Of a stretch of DNA of 64,000 bases, positions 9,286 through 19,157 are shown piece by piece; within the stretch, counting starts at the first letter, position 1; every line of letters starts with the position of its first letter. The DNA is taken from the NCBI GenBank assembly GCA_017476785.1, contig JAFUZD010000069.1, forward strand, positions 2,028-66,027, in the 5' to 3' direction. This DNA comes from Prevotella sp. (lineage in GTDB: Bacteria; Bacteroidota; Bacteroidia; Bacteroidales; Bacteroidaceae). The notes beneath the pieces are model-generated. The model did no database searches. It was not told the origin of the DNA and saw nothing but the letters and a program-made list of their open reading frames with translations. The translations under genes were made by a program, and so were the position numbers.

Positions 9286-10803
9286 ATGCCCCAAGAGCAG
9301 ATACAAGAACAGCGGCAGGCGCAAGCACTGAAGCAGACACAGACCATCACGCAGCAACAGCTGTTGCAGGCCCAGCTGACCGAGCTGCCTATTACCCAGC
9401 TGATGGAACGCATCACCGCCGAGATGGACGACAACCCCGCACTGGAGGTGACCGCCACAGGCGATGAGCTGCCCGACTGGGCTGAGGGCTCCTATGCCAG
9501 CGACGGTGCGGCTGCCGATGCGTCTGACGACGACTACGACCGCCAGTCGGAGCGCGAGGAGCGCCAGTCGGCACTCGACGAGGCACTGCAGGGCATCGGG
9601 CGTGACGACGAGGAACTGCCCGTCTACCACGGTGGCAACAATACGGCAGAGGAGCGCGAGCCGATGGTCTATGGCGAGACGGTCTCGTTCTACGACCAGC
9701 TGCGGCAACAGATGGGCGAGACCGACCTCAGCGAGCGGCAGCGCGACATAATGGAATACCTCATCGGCTCGCTCGACGACGACGGCCTGCTGCGCAAGTC
9801 GCCCGACAGCATTGCCGACGAGTTGGCCATCTATCATAACCTCGACGTTACGACGGCCGAGATTGACGACGTGCTCCGCATCCTGCAGAGCTTTGACCCC
9901 GCCGGCATCGGAGCACGCTCACTGCAAGAGTGCCTGTTGCTGCAGATAGGGCGGCGCGGTGCCTCGCGGCTGACGGAGCTGATGGACCAGACCGTCCGCC
10001 ACTACTTCGGCGAGTTCACCAAGAAGCACTGGAACCGCATACAGCAGTCGCTCCGCCTGACCGACCTCGAAGCCGAAGCACTCTTCGGCGAGCTGCGCAA
10101 GCTGAACCCCAAGCCCGGTGCATCGATGGGCGAGGTCGTGGGCCGCTCAATGCATCAGATAACGCCCGACTTCATCGTCGACACGCTGGACGACGGCACC
10201 ATCACCTTCCAGCTCAATCAGGGCGACCTGCCCGAGTTGCAGGTGTCACAGTCGTTTGCCGACACGCTGCGCGAGTATCAGGACAACAAAGAGCATCTGA
10301 GCCGCCAGATGAAGGAGGCACTGCTCTACACCAAGAAGAAGGTAGACGCAGCGCAGAGCTTCATTGAGGCCATCCGCGTGCGCCGCCATACACTGACCGT
10401 CACGATGCGGGCCATCATCCAGTGGCAGCACCGCTTCTTCGAAGATGGTGACGAGGCTTTGCTGCGCCCGATGATACTGAAGGACATTGCCGAGAAGACG
10501 GGTCTGAACCTGTCAACCATCTCGCGCGTATCCAATTCCAAGTATGCACAGACGCGCTGGGGCACTTTCCCCCTGCGCTATTTCTTCAGCGATGGCTATG
10601 TCACCGAGAGTGGCGAAGAGCTCTCCACACGCCAGATAAAGGCCGTGCTGCGCGAGCTCATCGATGCCGAGGACAAGCGCCACCCGCTGAGCGACAATGC
10701 ACTCTGCACTGCGTTGGCCGGCCGTGGATTCCCCATTGCCCGCCGCACCGTGGCCAAATATCGTGAGCAGCTGGGCATCCCCATTGCCCGCTTGCGCAAA
10801 TAG
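9286..10803 (+). CDS. rpoN: RNA polymerase sigma-54 factor
   Basis: Q-rich region I, DPAGIGARSLQECLLLQ, STISRV, RpoN box ARRTVAKYRE. Confidence 0.97.
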   Translation: MPQEQIQEQRQAQALKQTQTITQQQLLQAQLTELPITQLMERITAEMDDNPALEVTATGDELPDWAEGSYASDGAAADASDDDYDRQSEREERQSALDEALQGIGRDDEELPVYHGGNNTAEEREPMVYGETVSFYDQLRQQMGETDLSERQRDIMEYLIGSLDDDGLLRKSPDSIADELAIYHNLDVTTAEIDDVLRILQSFDPAGIGARSLQECLLLQIGRRGASRLTELMDQTVRHYFGEFTKKHWNRIQQSLRLTDLEAEALFGELRKLNPKPGASMGEVVGRSMHQITPDFIVDTLDDGTITFQLNQGDLPELQVSQSFADTLREYQDNKEHLSRQMKEALLYTKKKVDAAQSFIEAIRVRRHTLTVTMRAIIQWQHRFFEDGDEALLRPMILKDIAEKTGLNLSTISRVSNSKYAQTRWGTFPLRYFFSDGYVTESGEELSTRQIKAVLRELIDAEDKRHPLSDNALCTALAGRGFPIARRTVAKYREQLGIPIARLRK

Positions 10804-10816
10804 CTCAAGAGAACCG

Positions 10817-11443
10817 ATGACCAGAGAGAAACAGATAATCCTCACAGCGCGGGTGGTCAGTATGCTGTTCACCCCCTTCTATCTGCCCCTGTTAGGGCTG
10901 ATAGTGCTTTTCACGTTCAGCTATCTGAGCATCCTGCCGTGGCCGTTCAAGTTGCAAGTGCTGGCTACGGTCTATCTGTTCACCATCCTGCTGCCCACTT
11001 TGTTCATCCATTTCTACCGCCGCTATCAGGGCTGGAACCTCATTGAGCTGGGCCACCGCGAACGACGAATGGTGCCTTACTTCATCTCCATCTTCTGCTA
11101 CATTGCCTGTATCTACCTGATGGAGCTCAATCACATCCCCTATTTTATGGTGAGCATCCTCATCGCAGCCCTGCTGATACAGCTCACGTGTGCGATGATT
11201 AACGTGTGGTGGAAGGTGAGCACCCACACGGCGGCCATCGGGGGCGTGGCCGGGGCCCTCTTTGCCTTTGCCAACTATTTCCTGTTCAATCCTGTGTGGT
11301 GGCTCTGCTTAGTCATCGTACTTGCCGGAGTCTTGGGCACTGCCCGTATGATTCTGCGCCAGCACACTTTGTCGCAAGTGGTCAGCGGCTTCTTCGTCGG
11401 CTTCCTGTGCGCTGTCATTGCTATTTTTTACATCCGAATATGA
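10817..11443 (+). CDS. PAP2-like integral membrane protein
   Basis: Multiple TM helices; WKVSTH and ARMILRQHTLSQV motifs. Confidence 0.7.
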   Translation: MTREKQIILTARVVSMLFTPFYLPLLGLIVLFTFSYLSILPWPFKLQVLATVYLFTILLPTLFIHFYRRYQGWNLIELGHRERRMVPYFISIFCYIACIYLMELNHIPYFMVSILIAALLIQLTCAMINVWWKVSTHTAAIGGVAGALFAFANYFLFNPVWWLCLVIVLAGVLGTARMILRQHTLSQVVSGFFVGFLCAVIAIFYIRI

Positions 11444-11946
11444 AACCATTAGTAAGCATTATTATGGGCAGCACCAGCGACCTGCCCGTTATGGAGAAAG
11501 CCTGCAAGCTGCTCGACGATTTGCAGGTGCCATTCGAAGTGAATGCGCTCTCGGCCCATCGCACCCCCGATGCCGTGGAGCAGTTTGCCCGCAGTGCGCA
11601 GGAGCGTGGGCTGCGCGTCATCATAGCAGGAGCCGGAATGGCGGCTGCACTGCCCGGCGTCATTGCCGCCTCGACCACGCTGCCTGTCATCGGCGTGCCC
11701 ATTAAGGGAATGCTCGACGGGCTCGACGCACTGCTCAGCATCGTACAGATGCCGCCGGGCATCCCCGTGGCTACGGTGGGCGTGAACGGGGCACAGAACG
11801 CTGCCATACTGGCCGTGGAGATGCTGGCACTTGCCGACGAGGACTTGGCTCAGCGGCTGGCAGACTACAAGAGCAGCCTGAAGACTAAGATAGAGAAGGC
11901 CAATGCCGAGCTGGCAGCGGTGAAGTATTCATTTAAAACCAACTGA
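11440..11946 (+). CDS. purE: N5-CAIR mutase
   Basis: IIMGSTSD, SAHRTP, AGAGMAAALPG, SIVQMPPGIPVATV. Confidence 0.97.
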   Translation: MKPLVSIIMGSTSDLPVMEKACKLLDDLQVPFEVNALSAHRTPDAVEQFARSAQERGLRVIIAGAGMAAALPGVIAASTTLPVIGVPIKGMLDGLDALLSIVQMPPGIPVATVGVNGAQNAAILAVEMLALADEDLAQRLADYKSSLKTKIEKANAELAAVKYSFKTN

Positions 11947-13323
11947 ATGTACCGCAGACGACTATCTACCGAGACTCGTGTGGGCACCATCGGCATTGGC
12001 GGGCAGAACCCGATACGCATCCAGTCGATGGGTACCGTCGATACCAACGACACGGAGGGCTGCGTGGCACAGGCCAAGCGCATCATCGATGCTGGGGGCG
12101 AGCTGGTGCGCTTCACTACACAAGGTACCCGTGAGGCTGAGAATATGCAGCACATCTCTGCACGGCTGAAGGCGGATGGCTATCAGCAACCGCTCGTGGC
12201 CGACGTGCACTTCACGGCCCACGTGGCCGACATTGCCGCGCTCTACTGCGAGAAGGTGCGCATCAATCCCGGCAACTATGTCGACCCGGGGCGCACGTTC
12301 AAGCATCTGGAGTACACCGACGAGGAATATGCGGCTGAGCTGAAGAAGATTGAAGCTAAGCTCGTGCCGTTCCTGAACATCTGTCGCGAGCACCATACGG
12401 CCATCCGCATCGGCGTCAATCACGGCTCGCTCAGCGACCGCATTATGTCGCGCTATGGTGATACGCCGGCCGGTATCGTGGAGAGCTGTATGGAGTTCTT
12501 GCGCATCTGCCGGCGCGAGCAGTTCGACGATGTGGTCATTTCTATCAAGGCCTCCAATACGGTGGTGATGGTACAGACCGTGCGCCTGCTCGTAGAGACG
12601 ATGGACCGCGAGCAGATGCACTATCCGCTGCACCTCGGCGTGACCGAGGCCGGCGAGGGTGAGGACGGGCGCATCAAGAGTGCCGTGGGTATCGGAGCCC
12701 TGCTGACCGAGGGTATCGGCGATACCATCCGCGTGTCGCTCTCAGAAGAGCCCGAGGCCGAGATTCCCGTGGCACGGCTGCTGGTAGACTCGATAGAGGA
12801 GTGTGCCCGTCTGCGCGCCGAGGCAGAAGCCTCGATAGCCAACGACACCATCACCCTCAGCATCGAAGAACCCGACTTGGAGACACTGCAACTCAAGGCG
12901 GCGATGGCCGTGGGGGCACTACTCATCGACCAGAAAGCCCATCAGCTGGTCATCCGTTCGTCTTCTCTCACCGAGACGCAGGCCGTGGCACTGGCCGACG
13001 CCATCCTACAAGCTGCCCGCATCAAGTTCACCAAGACCGAGTACATCTCCTGTCCGGGCTGCGGGCGCACGCTCTACGACCTACGCACAACCATCGCCCG
13101 CATCAAAGAGGCCACGAGCCACTTAGTGGGACTGAAGATTGGGATTATGGGCTGCATCGTCAATGGCCCCGGCGAGATGGCCGATGCCGACTACGGCTAC
13201 GTGGGAGCCGGGCGCGGCAAGATTTCGCTCTATCGGCGTAAGGAGTGCGTGGCAAAGACCATTCCCGAGGATGAGGCCGTGGAGCGTCTGCTCGAACTCA
13301 TCCGTAACGACCGCGAACAATGA
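11947..13323 (+). CDS. ispG: HMBPP synthase
   Basis: PIRIQSM, VADVHF, RINPGN, RIGVNHGSL, HLGVTEAG, SCPGCGR, MGCIVNGPGE. Confidence 0.96.
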   Translation: MYRRRLSTETRVGTIGIGGQNPIRIQSMGTVDTNDTEGCVAQAKRIIDAGGELVRFTTQGTREAENMQHISARLKADGYQQPLVADVHFTAHVADIAALYCEKVRINPGNYVDPGRTFKHLEYTDEEYAAELKKIEAKLVPFLNICREHHTAIRIGVNHGSLSDRIMSRYGDTPAGIVESCMEFLRICRREQFDDVVISIKASNTVVMVQTVRLLVETMDREQMHYPLHLGVTEAGEGEDGRIKSAVGIGALLTEGIGDTIRVSLSEEPEAEIPVARLLVDSIEECARLRAEAEASIANDTITLSIEEPDLETLQLKAAMAVGALLIDQKAHQLVIRSSSLTETQAVALADAILQAARIKFTKTEYISCPGCGRTLYDLRTTIARIKEATSHLVGLKIGIMGCIVNGPGEMADADYGYVGAGRGKISLYRRKECVAKTIPEDEAVERLLELIRNDREQ

Positions 13324-14084
13324 ACGAAGCACAGAAGATATCGGTAGTCATCAATACCTATAACGCCGAGCAGCACTTGGCCGAGGTGTTACAGGCCGTC
13401 AGCGATTTCGACGAGACGGTAGTGTGCGATATGGAGAGCACCGACCGCACCGTAGAAATAGCCCGCCAGTATGGCTGCCGGATAGTGACCTTCCCGAAGG
13501 CCAACCATAAGAGTGCCGAGCCTGCCCGCACCTTTGCCATCCAGAGCGCGCAGTCGCCGTGGGTGCTCGTGGTCGATGCCGACGAGATTATCACACCCGA
13601 GCTTCGCGCGTATTTATATAATAAGGTGGAGGAGAGCGACCCGCCTGCCGGGCTCTACATCCCCCGCCGCAACCGTTTTATGGGGCGCTACACGCGCGGT
13701 GGCGGTCACGACTACCAGCTGCGCTTCTTCCGCCGTGAGGGCACGGTGTGGCCGCCCTACGTCCACACGTTCCCGCAAGTGCAGGGACGTACGGAGAAGA
13801 TACCCGGCCGCTATGCAATGTTGCATCTGGCCGATGAGACGATGCGGCAGTACGTGGCCAAGCTGAACGAATATACCGACAACGAGGTGGAGAAGCGTGC
13901 CTCGAAGCACTACGGCACGTGGGCACTGCTGTGGCGACCGGCGTGGCGGTTCTTGCGTATGTACGTCTTGCAGGGTGGATTCCTGTCGGGGCGGCGCGGA
14001 CTGATGCAGGCTCAGCTGACAGCCTTTTATCAGTATGTGGCCGTAGCGAAAATCATTGAGAAACAAATGCGCGAACGCTTATGA
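13320..14084 (+). CDS. GT2 glycosyltransferase (LPS beta-1,4-glucosyltransferase-like)
   Basis: ISVVINTYN, DMESTDRT, WVLVVDADE. Confidence 0.88.
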   Translation: MNEAQKISVVINTYNAEQHLAEVLQAVSDFDETVVCDMESTDRTVEIARQYGCRIVTFPKANHKSAEPARTFAIQSAQSPWVLVVDADEIITPELRAYLYNKVEESDPPAGLYIPRRNRFMGRYTRGGGHDYQLRFFRREGTVWPPYVHTFPQVQGRTEKIPGRYAMLHLADETMRQYVAKLNEYTDNEVEKRASKHYGTWALLWRPAWRFLRMYVLQGGFLSGRRGLMQAQLTAFYQYVAVAKIIEKQMRERL

Positions 14085-15844
14085 TACCCTTCTTTGCCGT
14101 GTTGCTGTTGCTGGCCGTTTCGGGTTGTGCCGTCTATTTCGGGTGTAACCGTGGAATGGCATCTAAGGCACGCGGCCAACAGGTGCGCCGTTTCCTGATT
14201 GCATCGGTGGTGGGTGCACTGCCTGCCGGGGTAGGAGCGCATCTGCTTCCGCTCATCGTGGCACTGGCGTGGATGCTGACGTTCCCGCTACTTTATCATC
14301 TGACCCACCGTCGCTCGTCGCCCGACTACGAGAATTATGCCGATACGGCGGCGGGCATCTATCTGGCAGGATGGCTGACGGCACTGGTGCTGCTGGTGCA
14401 GGGCTCGGTCGTCGGTCAGGCACTCGTTGGCATTCTGGCCTTCCTCCTGTTGCTGTTGCCCGTTGTGCAGTGGGTCTACTATGCACTGTATGGCACCTGC
14501 ATCGATGCCAACGGAATGAAGATTGTGCAGGAAACCCACTATAACGAGATTATAGAGTTTGCCCGTTCCTATTCGCTGAGTGCTGTGCTGCTCACGTTAC
14601 TGGCCGTCGTCGGTGTGCTGGCGGGCTGTGTCGGTGCCGCTGTGCTGTGCCCTGTCTGGTGTGGGCTGTCCCTGCCTGCGGTCAGCCTCTGGGTTGACGT
14701 TGCGCTGGGCTGCTACGTCGGTGCCGTCGGATGGTATCTGCTGAAGCCCCGCCACAGTCTGATGGCACGTACGGGTATTGTCCGTCTGTGGCTCGACATC
14801 CGTGACTATTCTGCCGGCAACGAACGCTATCTGGCCGAGATGGAACGGCGGTTACAGTCGTTGCAAGTGGAGCCCGTAGGTCAGCCTTACGACCGTCCGC
14901 ACACGATGCTACTCGTCATCGGCGAGTCGGCTTCGCGCGACTATATGAGTGCTTTTGTGGAGCGCGAGCACGACACCACGCCGTGGATGAGGCAGCTGGT
15001 GGCCGACGAGGGTCATACGGTGCGCTTTCCCAACGCCTATTCCTGCGCGATGCATACGGTGCAGGTGCTGGAGAAGTCGCTTACGGAGATGAACCAGTAT
15101 GGCCCGAAGAAATTCTATGAGTCGTGCTCCATCGTCGATATTGCCCACCGCTTGGGCTATCGCGTCCACTGGTATAGCAATCAGGGCCATTTGGGAGCCG
15201 CCGACACGCCCATCACCATTGTGGCCGAGACGAGCGACGTGGCCAAATGGACTAAGCAGGAACTGGGACGCGTGCAGTATGACGAGACACTGATTGACTT
15301 TCTCGACGAGCTGGATGCCACGCAGAACAATCTGTTGGTAGTCCATCTGAAGGGCAGCCACTTCAACTTCCAGAACCGCTATCCGCAGGACCAGACCGTA
15401 TGGGGAACGCCCCAGACGCAGACCGAGGTGAGCAGCTATGAGAACTCATTGCGCTATACTGACGGCGTGCTGCATCGCTTGTTCGACTACTGTACGGAGC
15501 GGCTCAACCTGCAGACGATGGTCTACTTCTCCGACCACGCCACGGTGCCCGACCGTCGCCGCTCGCCCAATTTCGACGGCTTCGGCGATACGCGTATCCC
15601 ACTGCTCGTCTGGATGAGCGACGAGTACCAGCAGAAGCACGCATCGCGTGCCGCAGCGTTGCGACAGAACCGCGAGCGCTACTTCACTAATGACCTGATT
15701 TATGATTTGTTCTGTGGGTTGCTCGACATTAGGAGCAACCGCTTCGACGAGGCGTCTTCACTCGCTTCGCCTTTATATCGATACCAGCGCGAGGAACTGC
15801 TGACCTACGAGGGACAGCGCCACATTGCCGACGACGCAAGCTGA
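14081..15844 (+). CDS. Phosphoethanolamine transferase (EptA/CptA family)
   Basis: N-terminal TM domain; LVIGESA, HLKGSH, YENSLRYTD, YFSDH. Confidence 0.85.
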   Translation: MIPFFAVLLLLAVSGCAVYFGCNRGMASKARGQQVRRFLIASVVGALPAGVGAHLLPLIVALAWMLTFPLLYHLTHRRSSPDYENYADTAAGIYLAGWLTALVLLVQGSVVGQALVGILAFLLLLLPVVQWVYYALYGTCIDANGMKIVQETHYNEIIEFARSYSLSAVLLTLLAVVGVLAGCVGAAVLCPVWCGLSLPAVSLWVDVALGCYVGAVGWYLLKPRHSLMARTGIVRLWLDIRDYSAGNERYLAEMERRLQSLQVEPVGQPYDRPHTMLLVIGESASRDYMSAFVEREHDTTPWMRQLVADEGHTVRFPNAYSCAMHTVQVLEKSLTEMNQYGPKKFYESCSIVDIAHRLGYRVHWYSNQGHLGAADTPITIVAETSDVAKWTKQELGRVQYDETLIDFLDELDATQNNLLVVHLKGSHFNFQNRYPQDQTVWGTPQTQTEVSSYENSLRYTDGVLHRLFDYCTERLNLQTMVYFSDHATVPDRRRSPNFDGFGDTRIPLLVWMSDEYQQKHASRAAALRQNRERYFTNDLIYDLFCGLLDIRSNRFDEASSLASPLYRYQREELLTYEGQRHIADDAS

Positions 15845-15856
15845 CCGTCGGCCAGT

Positions 15857-16582
15857 TCAGCGTCCACGCAGGCGGCAAACGGCCCAGACGAAGAAGAGGC
15901 GTGGCAACAACCGCAGCTGTTCGGCCGCTGTGTCGACCTCGTGAATCACCCGCATATTGTCCCACAGTCCTGCTGAGCGTTTTGCGTTCGATACGCCCGT
16001 GGTATCGAAGTCGGCGATGGCAAAGTCCACTTGCTCAAACCGCTTGCGAGCCAGCAGCAGCTGCTTCATCTGCTTGAAGTCGGCCGACATCCGGTGGCGC
16101 GTGTCGAACGGGAATTCCCGCAGGCACGCCGTGCGTACCAGTGCACTCTGATGACAGAAGAACATACGGTGGCTGTTGTGCGGTGCCTCGGCTCGCTTGA
16201 TGGCACCGTTCTTGACGACGTCGCCATAGATGACGTCAGCGTTGCTGCGTTCGGTGTCGAAAAGCCGGCTCAGCACGTCGTCGGCGGCAAAGCGGTCGCC
16301 CGCATTCATCATTACCACCCATTCGCCCGTAGCCATCACCACCGCTTTGTTCATCGCGTCGTAGATGCCGCAGTCGGGTTCAGATACCCATCGGTCCAGC
16401 CGGCCGCGATACTGGCGGAGCCACGCCGCACTGCCGTCGGTCGACTGTCCGTCGATGACAATATATTCCAGTGCGTCGTACTGCTGGCGTGCCACGTTGT
16501 CCATTGTCAGTTGCAGCGGCTCCAGTGCATTGCGGCAAACGGTGACAACGGTCACCTTTGGGTGCTTGTTCTTCGTTTCCAT
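15857..16582 (-). CDS. GT2 glycosyltransferase (WcaE-like)
   Basis: VTVVTVCRN, IDGQSTDG, SEPDCGIYDAMNK, MNAGD, FCHQS. Confidence 0.88.
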   Translation of the reverse strand: METKNKHPKVTVVTVCRNALEPLQLTMDNVARQQYDALEYIVIDGQSTDGSAAWLRQYRGRLDRWVSEPDCGIYDAMNKAVVMATGEWVVMMNAGDRFAADDVLSRLFDTERSNADVIYGDVVKNGAIKRAEAPHNSHRMFFCHQSALVRTACLREFPFDTRHRMSADFKQMKQLLLARKRFEQVDFAIADFDTTGVSNAKRSAGLWDNMRVIHEVDTAAEQLRLLPRLFFVWAVCRLRGR

Positions 16583-16655
16583 TTCTTCGTGCAAAGATAG
16601 AAAATAATCGTGAAATATGAATTAGGAATTATGAATTATTCGTATCTTTGCACAG

Positions 16656-17591
16656 ATGAAAGCATTATACTACGTGGTCTACGGGCTCTGGTATGCATTC
16701 TCGCTGCTGCCGCTGCGGGTACACTATGTGCTGTCCGACGTGCTCTATCTGCTCGTCTATCGGCTGGCAGGCTATCGCGTGGGCATCGTGCGGAAGAATC
16801 TGGAGCACTCGTTTCCCGAGATGACGGTCGCCGAGCTGCGACAGACAGAGCGTCGCTTTTACCATTGGTTCTGCGACTATCTGGTGGAGACGGTCAAGCT
16901 GCTGACCATCCGGCGCGACCATCTGCGCCGCCGGATGGAGTTCCGGGGCGTGGAAGCGGTAGATCGCTGCGTCCGTGAAGGGCAGTCGTGCGCTGTCTAT
17001 CTGGGTCATCTGGGTAACTGGGAGTGGATTGCCTCGCTGCCGCTGTGGGTGACGGCTGAGGCGCAGTGCGGCCAGATTTATCACGCACTGGAGAATGCCA
17101 CGTTCGACCAGTTGTTCTTGCGGCTGCGCCAGCGGTGGGGAGCCGTGTGCATCCCGATGGCAGAGATACTGCGCCGCTCGGTGGAGTTCCGCCGCAAGGG
17201 GCAGGCTACGGTCATCGGTTACATTGCCGACCAAGTGCCCTTCTGGAACAACATCCATCATTGGTGCCAGTTCCTGCATCAAGATACCCCCGTGCTGACA
17301 GGCACCGAGCGCATCGCGCGCAAGATGAATCAGGCACTGTTCTATATTGATGTCAGTCGTCCGCGTCGCGGGCACTACGTTGCCGAGTTCAAGCTCATCA
17401 CACGGCAGCCCGCCGAGCTGGGCGAATATGAGGCGACCGACCGATATTTCAGCCTGCTGGAGCAGAGCATCCGCCGCCAGCCTGAGCTGTGGCTCTGGAC
17501 GCACAATCGCTGGAAACGCACCCGCGAAGAGTTCGACCGCCGCTTCATAGTGGTCGACGGAAAGGTAATGCCGAAGGAGGAGAGACAATGA
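16656..17591 (+). CDS. Lipid A acyltransferase (LpxL/HtrB family)
   Basis: GHLGNWE, IADQVP, PELWLWTHNRWK. Confidence 0.92.
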   Translation: MKALYYVVYGLWYAFSLLPLRVHYVLSDVLYLLVYRLAGYRVGIVRKNLEHSFPEMTVAELRQTERRFYHWFCDYLVETVKLLTIRRDHLRRRMEFRGVEAVDRCVREGQSCAVYLGHLGNWEWIASLPLWVTAEAQCGQIYHALENATFDQLFLRLRQRWGAVCIPMAEILRRSVEFRRKGQATVIGYIADQVPFWNNIHHWCQFLHQDTPVLTGTERIARKMNQALFYIDVSRPRRGHYVAEFKLITRQPAELGEYEATDRYFSLLEQSIRRQPELWLWTHNRWKRTREEFDRRFIVVDGKVMPKEERQ

Positions 17592-18397
17592 TTTTCGTTC
17601 ACGATAAGGGCCGGATGGCTAACAATATGTTGCAATACGGGCATCTGTATGCGTGGGGACGTGAGAATGGGCGGCCTACGATGTCGATGCGTTTTGCCTA
17701 CAAGTACCCTTATTTCCATATCTGCCACACCCGTCACCACAACTTCCCGACCTATGTGGCGGCCAAGTATGCTGCCCGCTGGGGATTGATTCCCACCGTA
17801 CGTTTCGATGAGGAGGGTGCCGATACGACCGTGCAGGAGCAGACGATGCGCCGCCGCCGGTGGGTGATGGCGGGCGGATGGTATGCTCGCTGGTACGATT
17901 TGTTCCTTAAGTACAAGCCCGAGATTATCCAACTCTTTGCCTTCGATGCCGCCATTGAGCAGCGTGTGGCCGGCATACTGGGCGATGAAGGGCCGCTGCG
18001 ACTGGGCATTCACATCCGCCGAGGCGACTATCGCACCTTCTGCGGCGGCCGCTATTTCTACACCGACGAGCAGTATGCAGCCGTCATCGATAGCTTTCTG
18101 GCAATGGAACCGCACCGGCCGGTAGACCTCTTTATCTGTGGCAACGACCCGCAGCTCAATCGCGCTTATTATGAGCAGCGGTTTGCGCAGTGCCGCGTGG
18201 TGTTCCCCGATGGCAATCCGGGCGAGGACCTCTGCCTGCTGTCCCATTGTGACTATCTTATCGGGCCGCCCTCTACCTTCACGCTGGCTGCCGCGATGTA
18301 TCACGACCGACCCCTCTACTGGGTGAAGAATCCGGCTGCTGTCGTTACGCCTGCCAGCTTTGGCCGTTTCGACCAGCTGTTCCGCCAGATAGTCTGA
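17588..18397 (+). CDS. GT11 alpha-1,2-fucosyltransferase-like protein
   Basis: GRMANNMLQY, GIHIRRGDY, DLCLLSHCD...STF. Confidence 0.82.
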   Translation: MIFVHDKGRMANNMLQYGHLYAWGRENGRPTMSMRFAYKYPYFHICHTRHHNFPTYVAAKYAARWGLIPTVRFDEEGADTTVQEQTMRRRRWVMAGGWYARWYDLFLKYKPEIIQLFAFDAAIEQRVAGILGDEGPLRLGIHIRRGDYRTFCGGRYFYTDEQYAAVIDSFLAMEPHRPVDLFICGNDPQLNRAYYEQRFAQCRVVFPDGNPGEDLCLLSHCDYLIGPPSTFTLAAAMYHDRPLYWVKNPAAVVTPASFGRFDQLFRQIV

Positions 18398-18474
18398 AAC
18401 CCTCACTTCTCTGTCTCGGTCACTTAATTTATGTGAAATAGGGTGGCGTTACAGATTTTATCACTACTTTTGCC

Positions 18475-19104
18475 GTGCGTATGCGACAGATGTTTCTCAT
18501 AGCATTGCTGGGCGTGTCGGCTGTGGCAGCAGCGCAGTCGAAGAATCCCGAAGACCGTATCGTCGATATGGACAGTCCTACCTTTGTGCCTACGGTGAAA
18601 GTGGGAAAGGTGTTTGAGGGGGGCGACAGCATTCAATATATGGAGATGAACAACGTGTACGTCTATCCGCCCGTGGAGTTCAAGAGCAAACGGCAGCAGC
18701 AGTCTTATATGCGACTGGTGAAGAACGTGAAGACGGTGCTGCCCATTGCTAAGGAGGTGAACCGCATCATCCTCGAAACCTACGAGTATATGGAGACGCT
18801 GCCCACCCAGCGGGCACGCGAGGAGCATATGAAGGATGTGGAGCGGAGCATTATGGAGGAGTACAAGCCACGAATGAAGAAGCTCACGTTCTCACAGGGG
18901 AAGTTGCTCATCAAGCTGATTCACCGCGAATGCAACTCGTCGTCCTACCAGCTGATTCAGGCGTTCCTCGGGCCAGTGAAGGCTGGCTTCTATCAGGCCT
19001 TTGCGTGGGCTTTCGGCGCCTCACTCAAGAAAGAATACCAACCCGAAGGGGTAGACAGACTCACCGAGCGCGTGGTGTTGCTGGTAGAGGCTGGGCAATT
19101 ATAA
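18475..19104 (+). CDS. DUF4294-family secreted protein
   Basis: RLVKNVKTVLPIAKE, KKLTFSQGKLLIKLIHRE pattern; signal peptide. Confidence 0.72.
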   Translation: MRMRQMFLIALLGVSAVAAAQSKNPEDRIVDMDSPTFVPTVKVGKVFEGGDSIQYMEMNNVYVYPPVEFKSKRQQQSYMRLVKNVKTVLPIAKEVNRIILETYEYMETLPTQRAREEHMKDVERSIMEEYKPRMKKLTFSQGKLLIKLIHRECNSSSYQLIQAFLGPVKAGFYQAFAWAFGASLKKEYQPEGVDRLTERVVLLVEAGQL

Positions 19105-19112
19105 ACGGACAC

Positions 19113-19152
19113 AAGCAAAAGGAGGTAAGCACTGCTTACCTCCTTTTGCTTT
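19113..19152. terminator. Bidirectional terminator
   Basis: aagcaaaaggaggtaagca c tgcttacctccttttgctt perfect inverted repeat between convergent genes. Confidence 0.88.
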
Positions 19153-19157
19153 TATTA

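Noticed and set aside
11206-11439. Extended purE N-terminus in the ORF track
   Set aside because: PurE homology starts at ATG 11440; the extension overlaps the PAP2-like gene
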